Source: Microcoleus sp. (GTDB lineage: Bacteria; Cyanobacteriota; Cyanobacteriia; Cyanobacteriales; Microcoleaceae). From it: 64,000 nucleotides of DNA. The stretch spans positions 8,683 through 72,682 of the forward strand of contig JAYFMW010000021.1 in the NCBI GenBank assembly GCA_042408215.1, read 5' to 3'. The notes under the pieces were generated by a model that saw nothing but the letters and a program-made list of their open reading frames with translations, was not told where the DNA came from and did not search any database. Shown here in pieces: positions 1 to 10,153 of the stretch; the stretch's first letter is position 1; each line of letters begins with the position of its first letter. A program made the translations under genes and the position numbers.

Positions 1-555
1 CCAGAAGAAACCGGGTTTTTGCCCCCACGACTATCAACCGAAAAAACCCGGTTTCTCGCAACTATCCTCAAATCACGAAATTACCAGAAGAAACCGGGTT
101 TTTGCCCCCACGACTATCAACCGAAAAAACCCGGTTTCTCGCAACCATCCTGAAAATCACGAAACTATCAGAAGAAACCGGGTTTTTGCCCCACGACTAT
201 CAACCGAAAAAACCCGGTTTCTCGCAACCATCCTGAAAATCACGAAACTATCAGAAGAAACCGGGTTTTTGCCCCACGACTATCAACCGAAAAAACCCGG
301 TTTCTCGCAACCATCCTGAAAATCACGAAACTACCAGAAGAAACCGGGTTTTTGCCCCCACGACTATCAACCGAAAAAACCCGGTTTCTCGCAACCATCC
401 TGAAAATCACGAAACTATCAGAAGAAACCGGGTTTTTGCCCCACGACTATCAACCGAAAAAACCCGGTTTCTCGCAACCATCCTCAAATCACGAAATTAC
501 CAGAAGAAACCGGGTTTTTGCCCCCACGACTATCAACCGAAAAAACGCGGTTTCA
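1..555. repeat. Tandem array of ~6.7 near-identical 82-84 bp units, each with an internal inverted repeat (GAAACCGGGTTTTT...AAAAAACCCGGTTTC); truncated by window start
   Basis: Units start at 1, 84, 168, 251, 334, 418 and 500. There are no unique spacers. The same hairpin occurs singly at ~23444-23508 and ~32601-32663. Confidence 0.9.
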
Positions 556-568
556 ACCGCCAATTCCC

Positions 569-3500
569 TTAACTCAGCGGCAGGGCGATCGTAAATTCCG
601 TCCCTTCACCCACCACCGAGTCACAACTCAAACTACCGCCGTGGGTTTCTTCCACTATTTGCCGACTGATAGACAATCCCAACCCGGTACCTTTTCCAAC
701 TCCTTTTGTAGTGAATAAATGGTCAAAAATCCGCGATATAACTTCCTCAGAAATTCCCCGGCCATTATCTCTAATCTTAATGACAACTATTTGATTTTCA
801 TCGTCCATCTCAGTTGTGATATTAATGATATTAGGAGCGAGTTCAATCTCTGGGAAACTCCGACCTTTATTTGCTTCCTCAAAACAGTCGATCGCATTGG
901 CAACAATATTCATAAACACCTGATTCAACTGTCCCAAATAACACTTAACTTTCGGGATATTTCCATAATCCTTAACTACTTGAATTGCCGGAGTGTCTGG
1001 ATTTGCTTTCAATCGATGCTGTAAAATCATTAAAGTGCTGTCAATCCCTTCATGGATATTTGCCGACACTTTATGGCTGGTATCGGCACGGGAGAAAGTG
1101 CGGAGAGATGTGCTAATATTGCGAATGCGATCGCACCCAACTTTCATCGACAACAGCATTTTTGGTAAATCTTGTATAAGATACTCTAAATCGATATCCT
1201 CAGCATCCTCTGCGATTTTTGAGCTAGGATCAATCACTTCTTCCTGATATAACTTCAAGTGGTTAATTAAATCAGCAACAGCCCTATTAGCTTCGTTAAT
1301 ATTCCCCGCAATAAAGCCAACTGGATTGTTAATTTCGTGAGCGACACCGGCAACCAAATTGCCCAGAGAAGACATTTTTTCACCTTGAATTAGTTGCATT
1401 TGTGCTTGTTGCAGTTCGGAAAAAGATTTTTCTAACTGTTGAGATTTTTCTTGCTCTCGCGCATACAAACGAGCATTCTCGATCGCAATAGCCACTTGGG
1501 AAACTAAAACTTTTAAAACTTCTACCCTGTCTATGGTAAAAGCTCCTGCTGCTAACTTATTTTCCATATAAATAATCCCTTGCAGATTGGATTGATAAAT
1601 AATTGGCAAACACAGGATTGATTTAATTTGAAATTCTCTAATGTACTCATCCGCATTAAAAAGTTCGGCAACAGTCGCATCCTGCAATACCAGAGGCTTT
1701 TGACTGCGAAAAACATAATTAATTACAGAAAACGGCAAATATTGACTGTTTTCAAATGGCATAGATTGTAAAACAGTCGCTGTGCTATCTGTAGAATTTC
1801 CTACGGCTTCGATGCAGAGTCGATCGTCTTCGAGCAGCAGCAGCACGACTTTTTGAGCCGCCGCATTTTCTAAAATGATTTTGATTAACTTGCTCAACAA
1901 TTTTTCGAGAACAATTTCACCGTTAATGGCTTGCGAAGACTTAATAAAAGTAGCCACGTCTAAGAAATCGCCTAAACTATTACTGGTAGTATTTCCAGTG
2001 GTAGTGCGGGTGACATCGAGGGTTGGGGTTTGGGTTGTGCGCGTTTGTGCTACTAAAAAAGGATGTGTTGATTCCAAGTGTTTAACTTTCGCTAGAGCTC
2101 CCCAGCGGATGTAGCCGTAATAAGCTTTAGTCAGATATGCTTGAGAAATTATCTGTTTTCCCAGACATTGATAGAATTCTCCGGCTAATTCATAAGCTAA
2201 TGCTTCCTCTTGGATGTAACCATTTTTGGCAGCTCCATCAATTGCGCGATCGTACAATTCCATTGCTTCGGTATTCTGCCCCAAAACTCGCGCTTTCTCT
2301 GCTGCTACCAAGTCGTATTTGTGTTGATAATTCATCGGAGCATCAACGGCCCATTTTTTCATCTTGTTTTGGAGATCTACCACTTTTTTCAGATATTGCT
2401 TTTGCTCCTCTTTCCCAGCTTGGGGATACAAAGCGAGGAGACTGAGAGAGGAGTATAATTTACTGACAGAAACTATATAAAGTCCGGCTACGGCTTCTTC
2501 ATATTGCTCAAACAACCTTGAATTTTCCAAGGCTTGCGCGTAGTTTCGGAACAGAAAATTCAGCATAGCTTTGGCATTATAAACCAAACAAACTAAAACA
2601 AAGCTTTTAGCTTCTATTAAAGCGGGGAGCGTTTTTAATTCATTAAAGTTATCGCCGACTAAATGGCATGGTTCGACAGTTGTGCCAGACAAATTGAGGG
2701 CTGTCTGTCTCTCTATACTTATATACTGTACAGCCATTTCTAGTTGAGATTGCTGCATTAGTTTCAGATACTTACCTGTCTCCTCTTCAACCAGAGCAAG
2801 AGGCTCTCCCATCCACAGTTTACAAGTACAATATAGATTAATAGAATAACCCGCATATTCCAAATCTCCAGTTTCCATCCCGGTTTTAAAAGCTTCCATG
2901 AGATAGCCTAATCCTGACTTGAGAGCGGTTTTCCAGTGTTGAATAAAAGAACCAAAGACTGCATAAACTCTACTTTTGATTGAACGGGATGGAAATTTGT
3001 CTAACAGCCTAATTGCAAGTTCGCCGAATTGGTATCCCAAACTAATATCCCCTAGGCTGTACATAACTACGCCATAATAAACGTAGGCAATACTTGCATA
3101 AGGTGAATTGCCATATTTAATGCACAGCTTGACCATCATAAATGCCAGCAGTGGTACCAGTCGGGGCTTGGCCTGAATAGCAGTGCTGAAAATCCCTGAT
3201 AAAATCCGCATGGCTGCTTTTTGATTGGGATCTGTCATTTCTGGTAAGTTAGCTAGATCGTCAATTCGTTTAATTCCCAAGCTCAGTTTTGTGTTAATCA
3301 TTCCCGCCATAATATTGAGCGAGTTGGGGTTTTGAGGTAAAGAAATGCCTAACAATTTCAGCACTTCCAGTCCTGTATTTAGTGATTCTATAAGTCTATT
3401 TTGAGCATTGTAAGACTGGAGTTGAAGTTCATAAGCATTCACTTTTTCCAGTAGAGTTTTAGCTTTTTGCAGTACGATATCAACCAGTTTTTTTGAATCT

Positions 3501-6118
3501 TCATAGTTAATATTTAAGTATTCAGCTTCTGCTGTTGACTCGTAAATTGCTAAGGTTAAGTCATACTGACTTTGCCAACAATCCGCTGGCAATAATTCCA
3601 TAGCAACCCGCAAATACCTAACAGCAGCTTCATAAGCAGCCGCCGCTTTTGCCTTGCGTCCAGCAGTTAAGTTGAACTTTGCTAACTGCGTCTTTTCTGC
3701 TGGCTGGCTAATCGTTTCAATTCCGAAGTTCAACTGATTGACAATATCAAATATGTTCTCTTCTAGTTTTTCGATGGGAGTGTTTTGAAGAAGTAATTGA
3801 CCGATGTTAAAGTGAGTTGATTTTTTCCGGTTTTCAGGAATTAGCGAATACGCGGCTTGCTGGACGCGATCGTGCAAAAATTTGTAACTAACCCGCGAAG
3901 TATCTAATTTGAGATTGATTGATTCGGCTCGATCGAAAACTAAAGGAATGCGATAAGCATCGCTCAAGGGCAGAATTAACCCTGCTTGCAAAGCTGAATA
4001 AAGTTGAGTGGCTGTAGTATTAGCTGACTCTTCGCTGACAAGTGACAGCACATCTAGAGCAAATTTATCCCCCACACAAGCTGCTAATTTCAACACTTCT
4101 TGCGTGGCTACGGGGAGCTTTTCAATGCGACTGGCCACCAGTTGTACTACACTTTTATCGGTAATTCCAATGGCTTGAATTTCATCAATACTCCAATTCC
4201 AGCCCCCTTTACCTCCCTCATTGGTAACGGGAGAGATCAGACAATCAAAGTCGAACTTTAAAAGATTATCTTGATAAAGTGCTTGGAGTAATTGCGTCAA
4301 GAAAAAAGGATTACCGCCTGTTTTATTGCAGATTAACTCTGCTAGAGTTTTTACCTTTTCTGTGCGGTTGTTAAGTGTTTCCGCGACTAATTCAGTGACA
4401 TTTTCTAAATCCAGCGGTTCCAGCACGATATTGTTGACAACAGTACCCGTCTTTTCAATCTCTTCTACAGTCTGAATTAAAGGGTGAGTGGGACTAACTT
4501 CGTTATCTCGATAAGCACCGATTAGCAACAGATATTGCTGGTATGGGTCAGTTATCAGTGTTTGCATTAACTTTAATGTTGCTGAATCTGCCCACTGCAA
4601 ATCGTCTAAAAATATCACTAGCGGGTGTTCTTTTTGGGCGAAAACGCGAAGAAATTCTTTGAATACCCGATTGAAGCGATTTTGCGATTCTATTGGGCCG
4701 AGTTCTGGCACTTCTGGCTGTTTGCCAATGATTAATTCAAGTTCGGGAATTACATCGGCAATTACTTGACCGTCTGTTCCTAAAGCTGTTAAAATTTTAG
4801 TGCGCCATGTTTCTATAGAAGCAGCGCTTTCTGTTAGCAACTGGCCCAGCAGCGAGTTAAATGCTTGAATTAATGATGCGTAAGGAATGTTGCGTTTGAA
4901 TTGATCAAATTTGCCGCTGATGAAGTAACCTTTTGAGCGAGTAATTGGTTTGCTAACTTCATTGACGACGGCGGATTTGCCGATGCCAGAATAACCAGAT
5001 ACTAGCATTAATTCGCTTTGGGAATGGGCGACTTTTTCTGTATTTTGGTTGGGTGGGAAAGATGCGGGTGAAAGGGTTTCTGCATTGGGGCGGGCGGGTT
5101 TTTCTGTATTTCGGTTGGGTGGGAAAGATTCGGGTGAACCCGCCCCTACACGTTCAAAGGCTGCTAATAGTTGGTTGACTTGGTTTTCGCGACCGTACAA
5201 TTTCTGAGGAATTAATAACTGACTGAGAATATCTAAGCGTCCTGGGGTAAAATCTGCAATCTTGCCTGTTGTTTCTAACTGATGCAAACATTTTTCTAAG
5301 TCTGCTAATAATCCGGCTGCACTTTGATATCTTTGTTCGGCATTTTTGGCAATCAATTTCATCACTATTTCTGAGATTGATGGGGAGATTTCAGAATTGA
5401 TTTGATGGGGCGAAATTGCTTGAACTGCGATGTGGCTGTAAACTATTTCTAAGGGGTCACTGCTGGCGAAAGGCAATTTACCTGTTAGCATTTCATACAA
5501 GGTAATTCCTAATGAATAAAAGTCGGTGCGATAGTCGAGGGTGCGGTTCATTCTCCCGGTTTGTTCGGGAGACATATAAGCTAATGTGCCTTCGACTGAG
5601 TTGGGATTGTTAAATTGCGGGTTTTCTTTGTTTAGTTTTGTCGCAATGCCAAAGTCTGTGAGTTTAACTTGTTTTGTTTGGGAGTTAATAATGATGTTGC
5701 TGGGTTTGATGTCTTTGTGAATAATCTGATTTTGGTGCAGGTATTCTAAGGCTTTGACGATTTGGATGGCGATGTTTAAAATTGCGTGAAGCGAAGCTAT
5801 CCCAAAGGGAATCGCACTCAATTTTTCTTTTTCGAGCATTTTTCCGAGAGATTCCCCGCCAAAATCTTCTAAAACCAGTCCTAATCGGTGGTCAAAGGTT
5901 TCGAGACTGATGGCTTTGACGATTTGTTCGCTATCTAAACTTTGGCGGATTTGATATTCGTGTTTGAGACGGGTAATGGCTTCGAGCGTCGGATATTCGG
6001 CTTTCAGGAGTTTAAGAATTATTGTGGGCTGGTTAATCGCTCTCTGTCCGCGATAGATAATTGTTTCGACACCTTCGTGCAGAGTAGAATTAATTGGGTA
6101 TTCTGACAGGGTTTGCAT
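569..6118 (-). CDS. Hybrid Ser/Thr protein kinase / AAA-type ATPase / GAF / sensor histidine kinase (HstK-type)
   Basis: Kinase motifs HKDIKPSN, DFG and GTLAYMSPEQ; P-loop GYSGIGKS; Walker B FLDDLQW; GAF domain; H-box VAHEINNP; HATPase GKGTGLGL. Likely start is the ATG at 6118 (MQTLSEY); the ORF track extends to 6220. Confidence 0.93.
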   Translation of the reverse strand: MQTLSEYPINSTLHEGVETIIYRGQRAINQPTIILKLLKAEYPTLEAITRLKHEYQIRQSLDSEQIVKAISLETFDHRLGLVLEDFGGESLGKMLEKEKLSAIPFGIASLHAILNIAIQIVKALEYLHQNQIIHKDIKPSNIIINSQTKQVKLTDFGIATKLNKENPQFNNPNSVEGTLAYMSPEQTGRMNRTLDYRTDFYSLGITLYEMLTGKLPFASSDPLEIVYSHIAVQAISPHQINSEISPSISEIVMKLIAKNAEQRYQSAAGLLADLEKCLHQLETTGKIADFTPGRLDILSQLLIPQKLYGRENQVNQLLAAFERVGAGSPESFPPNRNTEKPARPNAETLSPASFPPNQNTEKVAHSQSELMLVSGYSGIGKSAVVNEVSKPITRSKGYFISGKFDQFKRNIPYASLIQAFNSLLGQLLTESAASIETWRTKILTALGTDGQVIADVIPELELIIGKQPEVPELGPIESQNRFNRVFKEFLRVFAQKEHPLVIFLDDLQWADSATLKLMQTLITDPYQQYLLLIGAYRDNEVSPTHPLIQTVEEIEKTGTVVNNIVLEPLDLENVTELVAETLNNRTEKVKTLAELICNKTGGNPFFLTQLLQALYQDNLLKFDFDCLISPVTNEGGKGGWNWSIDEIQAIGITDKSVVQLVASRIEKLPVATQEVLKLAACVGDKFALDVLSLVSEESANTTATQLYSALQAGLILPLSDAYRIPLVFDRAESINLKLDTSRVSYKFLHDRVQQAAYSLIPENRKKSTHFNIGQLLLQNTPIEKLEENIFDIVNQLNFGIETISQPAEKTQLAKFNLTAGRKAKAAAAYEAAVRYLRVAMELLPADCWQSQYDLTLAIYESTAEAEYLNINYEDSKKLVDIVLQKAKTLLEKVNAYELQLQSYNAQNRLIESLNTGLEVLKLLGISLPQNPNSLNIMAGMINTKLSLGIKRIDDLANLPEMTDPNQKAAMRILSGIFSTAIQAKPRLVPLLAFMMVKLCIKYGNSPYASIAYVYYGVVMYSLGDISLGYQFGELAIRLLDKFPSRSIKSRVYAVFGSFIQHWKTALKSGLGYLMEAFKTGMETGDLEYAGYSINLYCTCKLWMGEPLALVEEETGKYLKLMQQSQLEMAVQYISIERQTALNLSGTTVEPCHLVGDNFNELKTLPALIEAKSFVLVCLVYNAKAMLNFLFRNYAQALENSRLFEQYEEAVAGLYIVSVSKLYSSLSLLALYPQAGKEEQKQYLKKVVDLQNKMKKWAVDAPMNYQHKYDLVAAEKARVLGQNTEAMELYDRAIDGAAKNGYIQEEALAYELAGEFYQCLGKQIISQAYLTKAYYGYIRWGALAKVKHLESTHPFLVAQTRTTQTPTLDVTRTTTGNTTSNSLGDFLDVATFIKSSQAINGEIVLEKLLSKLIKIILENAAAQKVVLLLLEDDRLCIEAVGNSTDSTATVLQSMPFENSQYLPFSVINYVFRSQKPLVLQDATVAELFNADEYIREFQIKSILCLPIIYQSNLQGIIYMENKLAAGAFTIDRVEVLKVLVSQVAIAIENARLYAREQEKSQQLEKSFSELQQAQMQLIQGEKMSSLGNLVAGVAHEINNPVGFIAGNINEANRAVADLINHLKLYQEEVIDPSSKIAEDAEDIDLEYLIQDLPKMLLSMKVGCDRIRNISTSLRTFSRADTSHKVSANIHEGIDSTLMILQHRLKANPDTPAIQVVKDYGNIPKVKCYLGQLNQVFMNIVANAIDCFEEANKGRSFPEIELAPNIINITTEMDDENQIVVIKIRDNGRGISEEVISRIFDHLFTTKGVGKGTGLGLSISRQIVEETHGGSLSCDSVVGEGTEFTIALPLS
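5784..5815 (-). mobile_element. 24-nt small dispersed repeat inserted in frame into a HIP1 site (GCGAT^CGC)
   Basis: The minus strand reads GCGAT-TCCCTTTGGGATAGCTTCGCTTCA-CGC. Removing the 24 nt restores GCGATCGC and keeps the frame. Confidence 0.75.
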
Positions 6119-6337
6119 AGGTTTATTTTCAATAATATCACGTCTAATTTTACCAAGAGTAACACTAATTTCGTGAATATTTATGTGATCCAGATCGCTT
6201 TGTTTTATGCCACAAGTCACAAGTAGTATCGGAATTAATATTACCCAAAGTCAGGACACGGCAGTGCCGTGTCCCTACAATTAATTGGGGTAGGGACACT
6301 CCAAGAGCCGTGTCCTTCTCGGTTAAATTGCCGAGTT

Positions 6338-8725
6338 TCAATCTTGTACAACCGTAACTTCACTGAAATGAGTAATTGATTCGGGTTCCGGTAAAATGCG
6401 GACGCGGGCAAATTTCAAACCGCTGACTCCTTGCAGGGCTTCTACCATGCCAGTTTGAATTTTTGACTCTACCCAACCTTCGCGAGATAAATAGCGTAAA
6501 TATTGCTGGTACTCTTGCCACTCGTCCTCGGTTGAATAAACGATAGTCAACATCCCCGACTGGGTAATTCGCTCTTGTGTGTCTCGATCAACGGCTTTTT
6601 CGATCCGCTTTTTGACGAGTTCGTAGCGAATGTCGCGAGTGCCTTTTACGTCAAACATTTTTTCAGTATTTTCGTTGTGAAAAATGTCGATCGTGGTATT
6701 CTGGACTAACACTAAATGCGCGAGTTCCATGTTAATTTGAGACTCGGCTTGCAGGCGGAAAACTGTGCGGGCGCAGTCGCAAATTGCTCGCAGTTGTTCG
6801 TAGCGCAAACTGTGTAGGTGAAAGGGACTAAATTTGGAATCTATAGATTTCCCGACATAAATCATGTGATCCATGCCGTCAGTGCATTCTATGTCGCAGT
6901 AGTGGGGGAGAATTTGCTGCATTCGCTCTTGCCAGCTTGCCCATGTTTCTTGGAGTTTGGTACTGATTAAATTCAGCATTTGGTCGTAGCGAGTGCGATC
7001 GCCATAAACGCAGTTGTGTTCGTTGGCGCAAGCTGTCCGGTAAGCTTCAACGGCTGCCTGAACCTTCGGGCAGCACTGCATAAAATAGTCAAAATATACT
7101 TCTAATTTCTCCTTCAAATACTCCGCCGATCGCACTTCCATATCGACTGTTACTTTTTCTTTTAAATGCTCGATGTAGTCGAGTAAATCGAGCCGCAGTT
7201 GCTCGCCTAGGTGAGTATTTTGTGTTTCACAAACGACATCAACTATGGCTAAACCAAACCGAAATTGTTCCAGCAAATCGGTTTGAATGGCTCGATTTCG
7301 CTCGTCGCTAGAACCGCGAATATCGGAAATTCCGAACAGCGGATAAACGTCAGCAAATACAATAGTTTCCTGGGGCAGTCCCCAACTTCGCCTTTCTGCT
7401 TCTTGGATGAAACGCCACTCGACTGCGGGATGGATGTTGTGAATGTGGGTAAACCGCTGCTGAATGGCTTGCCGCAGGGCTGCAATGAAGGCGGGAATTA
7501 GTTCTTGGGCGTGTTGAGAGTCAAGGCCGTTGAAGTGATTGGGCCGATCGCATAATAACCCCACCACGCCCAAAATCCGTTGGCCACAACCCTCGCGGGT
7601 AATAGTTTTCACCACCAGCGGTATCAACAACATCGATCGCACGCCCATTTTCCGTAAAGCGCGATCGCACTCGGTGTCGCATTCTCGCCGCAAATCCGGC
7701 ACATTCCAAACTTGATTTGCCGCCGTTGCTTTCAAAAAATGAGAAGCTTCTAGAGAATTCATCGAATAAACAACCGGCTTCAAATGTTCGCCGCCTTTAG
7801 CAACTAATAGCTGTACCTGTTCGCCGTCAGGGCGCAGCAGCAAACTGCCGTCAGCATTAAAGAGCGATCGCAAACATCGATCGATTCTCTCAAATTTATC
7901 AGGCCGCAGCATCGAATCTCGATTAATTAATAACTGCGTCAGCCGCCGAATTTGCTCCTGCACAGTAACATCAAAACCTTCCAGCAGCAGCAAACCTTCT
8001 ACTTGGTAATTATCCAACTGCAATCGCGAGGCTAAATTGGCCAATTGATTCGGCTGCATCAGCCAAGCTTCCCGTTCTGCAACAGACATTAATTTTAAAC
8101 GCAAATCGGCAAATTCATCTATTCTTGAGTCAATCCTAGTAATTTTCAACTGTTCCGAACCCAGCCAAAATTCAATAAATCTGGGTTCTCCCTGTTGGCG
8201 GCTTTTTACACTGACCATCACAGGTTCATCAAGCATTCGCAAACTTTCAAGGTCAATTTGATAAAATTGCTTAAATACCCAATGCAATAGGTGGCGGCGG
8301 TATAATTGTTCTGCTGTTTTGCCGTCCCCATCCTCGAACAGTTCCAGCAAAGTGATGCCCATTCCTGTAAACAAACCGTTGGTAGATTCGGTTCCCAAGG
8401 GCGTTCCCTCCCAACCAGCTAAGCGACAGAATGCCGCGTTAGCATAACGCAGGGCAAAGGTTCCCGGTGCCATTGCTGCTATTAAAACGCGACTAGATCC
8501 GAGAAATTGAAAGAGTCGGTCTAAGTCTTGTTTCCAGGTTTTCAAGCATTCAATTTCGGCAGATTGACTGGGTACTTGGGTCGCCAACTCTTCCAGTAGC
8601 TGTTCCATATTTGGTTGGCTTTGCAAACTGTTACTTTCTGGCTCAGTTGGGGTTGTATCTGCGGGCATCAGTGATTTTACGGAGTGGTTGTTGTTTTGAC
8701 GCGAAGACGATTTGGGAGTAGACAT
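6338..8725 (-). CDS. GAF domain-containing protein of unknown function
   Basis: 795-aa ORF with a GAF-like segment (VWNVPDL...GVRSMLLIPLV...GVVGL) and a conserved-looking C-terminal region. Confidence 0.8.
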   Translation of the reverse strand: MSTPKSSSRQNNNHSVKSLMPADTTPTEPESNSLQSQPNMEQLLEELATQVPSQSAEIECLKTWKQDLDRLFQFLGSSRVLIAAMAPGTFALRYANAAFCRLAGWEGTPLGTESTNGLFTGMGITLLELFEDGDGKTAEQLYRRHLLHWVFKQFYQIDLESLRMLDEPVMVSVKSRQQGEPRFIEFWLGSEQLKITRIDSRIDEFADLRLKLMSVAEREAWLMQPNQLANLASRLQLDNYQVEGLLLLEGFDVTVQEQIRRLTQLLINRDSMLRPDKFERIDRCLRSLFNADGSLLLRPDGEQVQLLVAKGGEHLKPVVYSMNSLEASHFLKATAANQVWNVPDLRRECDTECDRALRKMGVRSMLLIPLVVKTITREGCGQRILGVVGLLCDRPNHFNGLDSQHAQELIPAFIAALRQAIQQRFTHIHNIHPAVEWRFIQEAERRSWGLPQETIVFADVYPLFGISDIRGSSDERNRAIQTDLLEQFRFGLAIVDVVCETQNTHLGEQLRLDLLDYIEHLKEKVTVDMEVRSAEYLKEKLEVYFDYFMQCCPKVQAAVEAYRTACANEHNCVYGDRTRYDQMLNLISTKLQETWASWQERMQQILPHYCDIECTDGMDHMIYVGKSIDSKFSPFHLHSLRYEQLRAICDCARTVFRLQAESQINMELAHLVLVQNTTIDIFHNENTEKMFDVKGTRDIRYELVKKRIEKAVDRDTQERITQSGMLTIVYSTEDEWQEYQQYLRYLSREGWVESKIQTGMVEALQGVSGLKFARVRILPEPESITHFSEVTVVQD

Positions 8726-8978
8726 GAGTAAAGCACCTGAAAGCAGTGGATTTTGCCAAATAATGTTAGCGATCGGCGATTTATGGCTTTGTGAAGAACT
8801 TAGATCCTGTCGATAAATTTTTGGGACCTCGAAAACTGGTTTTTATCCAGACGTTCGACTCATAAATTTTTACTTTTCTTTACAAACAGTCTCGACGTTA
8901 CAGAGTGAGATTGACCTGTTTAGCACATTGCCAGTTAAGCTTATTATAAGTGGGAAACAGTAGCGGATCGTGTCAGGC

Positions 8979-9010
8979 GATTTGAGATTTGAGATTTGAG
9001 ATTTGAGATT
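8979..9010. repeat. STRR heptamer array (GATTTGA)n
   Basis: About 4.5 tandem copies. Confidence 0.8.
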
Positions 9011-9109
9011 GCTCCCACGGATTAATCCGGGGGATTGCGATCGGGATGCGGACAAGGCAAAAATTGAAATATATAATACAGTTAGCAGCATCTTTGAAAG
9101 GACATACCT

Positions 9110-9892
9110 ATGGCTTTAACGGTTAACAATTTGAGCGGCGATCCGACTGGATTTCCTGTATTTGCCGGCGGCGGCCCGCGTCTTTTGGGATTCGCTACAC
9201 CAGATGACATTAACGTAGAGCCGGGAAATTTGTCTTCTGTTCCCTGGGGAGTGTGGGGACTTGATGGCAACGATACCATAGCAGGTTCGTCGGATGGCAA
9301 CGAACGGCTGTTAGGAAATAACGGCAATGATGTAATCGGAGGTGGCGGCGGAAATGACATCATTTACGGCGGCAAAGATAACGATCGACTCGACGGAAAT
9401 GAAGGCAACGACGTAGTAAGAGGCGACGCCGGCAACGACGTTATCTTTGGAGGCCCTGGCAATGATATTCTGCGGGGAGGGCAAGGAGACGACGATTTAG
9501 AGGGCAATGAGGGCAATGATTTCCTAGCGGGCGATCGGGGAATTGACGTGCTCACAGGAGGCCTGGGTGCTGATACATTTCTGATCAAAAGCAATGATGA
9601 AGGATTTGGAGTCAATGCAGCCGATGTCATTACTGATTTTAACTTTGACGAGGGCGATCGCATAGCTCTCACCGATGGCTTAACAGAACTAAACCTCATC
9701 TTCACTGACGATGCTCTGATCGCTTACGACAACGACGGAATTATTAACGACATGGTGATTCGCAACCGAAGTAACGGACAAATTTTGGGCGTAGTTTTAA
9801 ATACGAACAGCTTTGAACTTACCGGTGCATTTGAAACTGCAAGTCCTTTTGCTTTGGCAATTAACGGTTCTCAATTCCAGTTTTTGGCTTAG
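9110..9892 (+). CDS. RTX/hemolysin-type calcium-binding repeat protein
   Basis: Multiple GGxGxDxLx nonapeptide repeats and a D.ITDF motif; AAGGA RBS upstream. Confidence 0.9.
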   Translation: MALTVNNLSGDPTGFPVFAGGGPRLLGFATPDDINVEPGNLSSVPWGVWGLDGNDTIAGSSDGNERLLGNNGNDVIGGGGGNDIIYGGKDNDRLDGNEGNDVVRGDAGNDVIFGGPGNDILRGGQGDDDLEGNEGNDFLAGDRGIDVLTGGLGADTFLIKSNDEGFGVNAADVITDFNFDEGDRIALTDGLTELNLIFTDDALIAYDNDGIINDMVIRNRSNGQILGVVLNTNSFELTGAFETASPFALAINGSQFQFLA

Positions 9893-9908
9893 CTATTTCT
9901 AGGAAATC

Positions 9909-9957
9909 AAAAAGGTCGATCGCTCTTTATTTACTAAAAGGGCGATGGGTCTTTTTA
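9909..9957 (+). terminator. Putative intrinsic terminator after the RTX gene
   Basis: Imperfect hairpin (tcgctcttt...aaagggcga) followed by a T-run, lying between convergent genes. Confidence 0.4.
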
Positions 9958-9985
9958 GATCAATTCCGGTTGCACTCAGAGATGA

Positions 9986-10035
9986 TTGTTGACTGTTGAC
10001 TATTGACTGTTGACTATTGACTGTTGACTATTGAC
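9986..10035. repeat. STRR heptamer array (TTGACTR)n
   Basis: Tandem TTGACTG/TTGACTA copies. Confidence 0.8.
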
Positions 10036-10153
10036 TATTGACTGTTGACTGTTGTCATTCCCAATGCTATAAAGGCCCAATGCCCAATCCCCAATTCCCA
10101 ATCACCAATTATCAATTACTCTGCCAGTACCTATTCAACCCAAAACCACCAGA

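Noticed and set aside
1..555. CRISPR array
   Set aside because: The whole 83-bp unit repeats with no unique spacers, and there are no cas genes in the window.
352..718. ORFs 352-594 and 518-718
   Set aside because: They are translations of the tandem repeat or antisense to the kinase 3' end.
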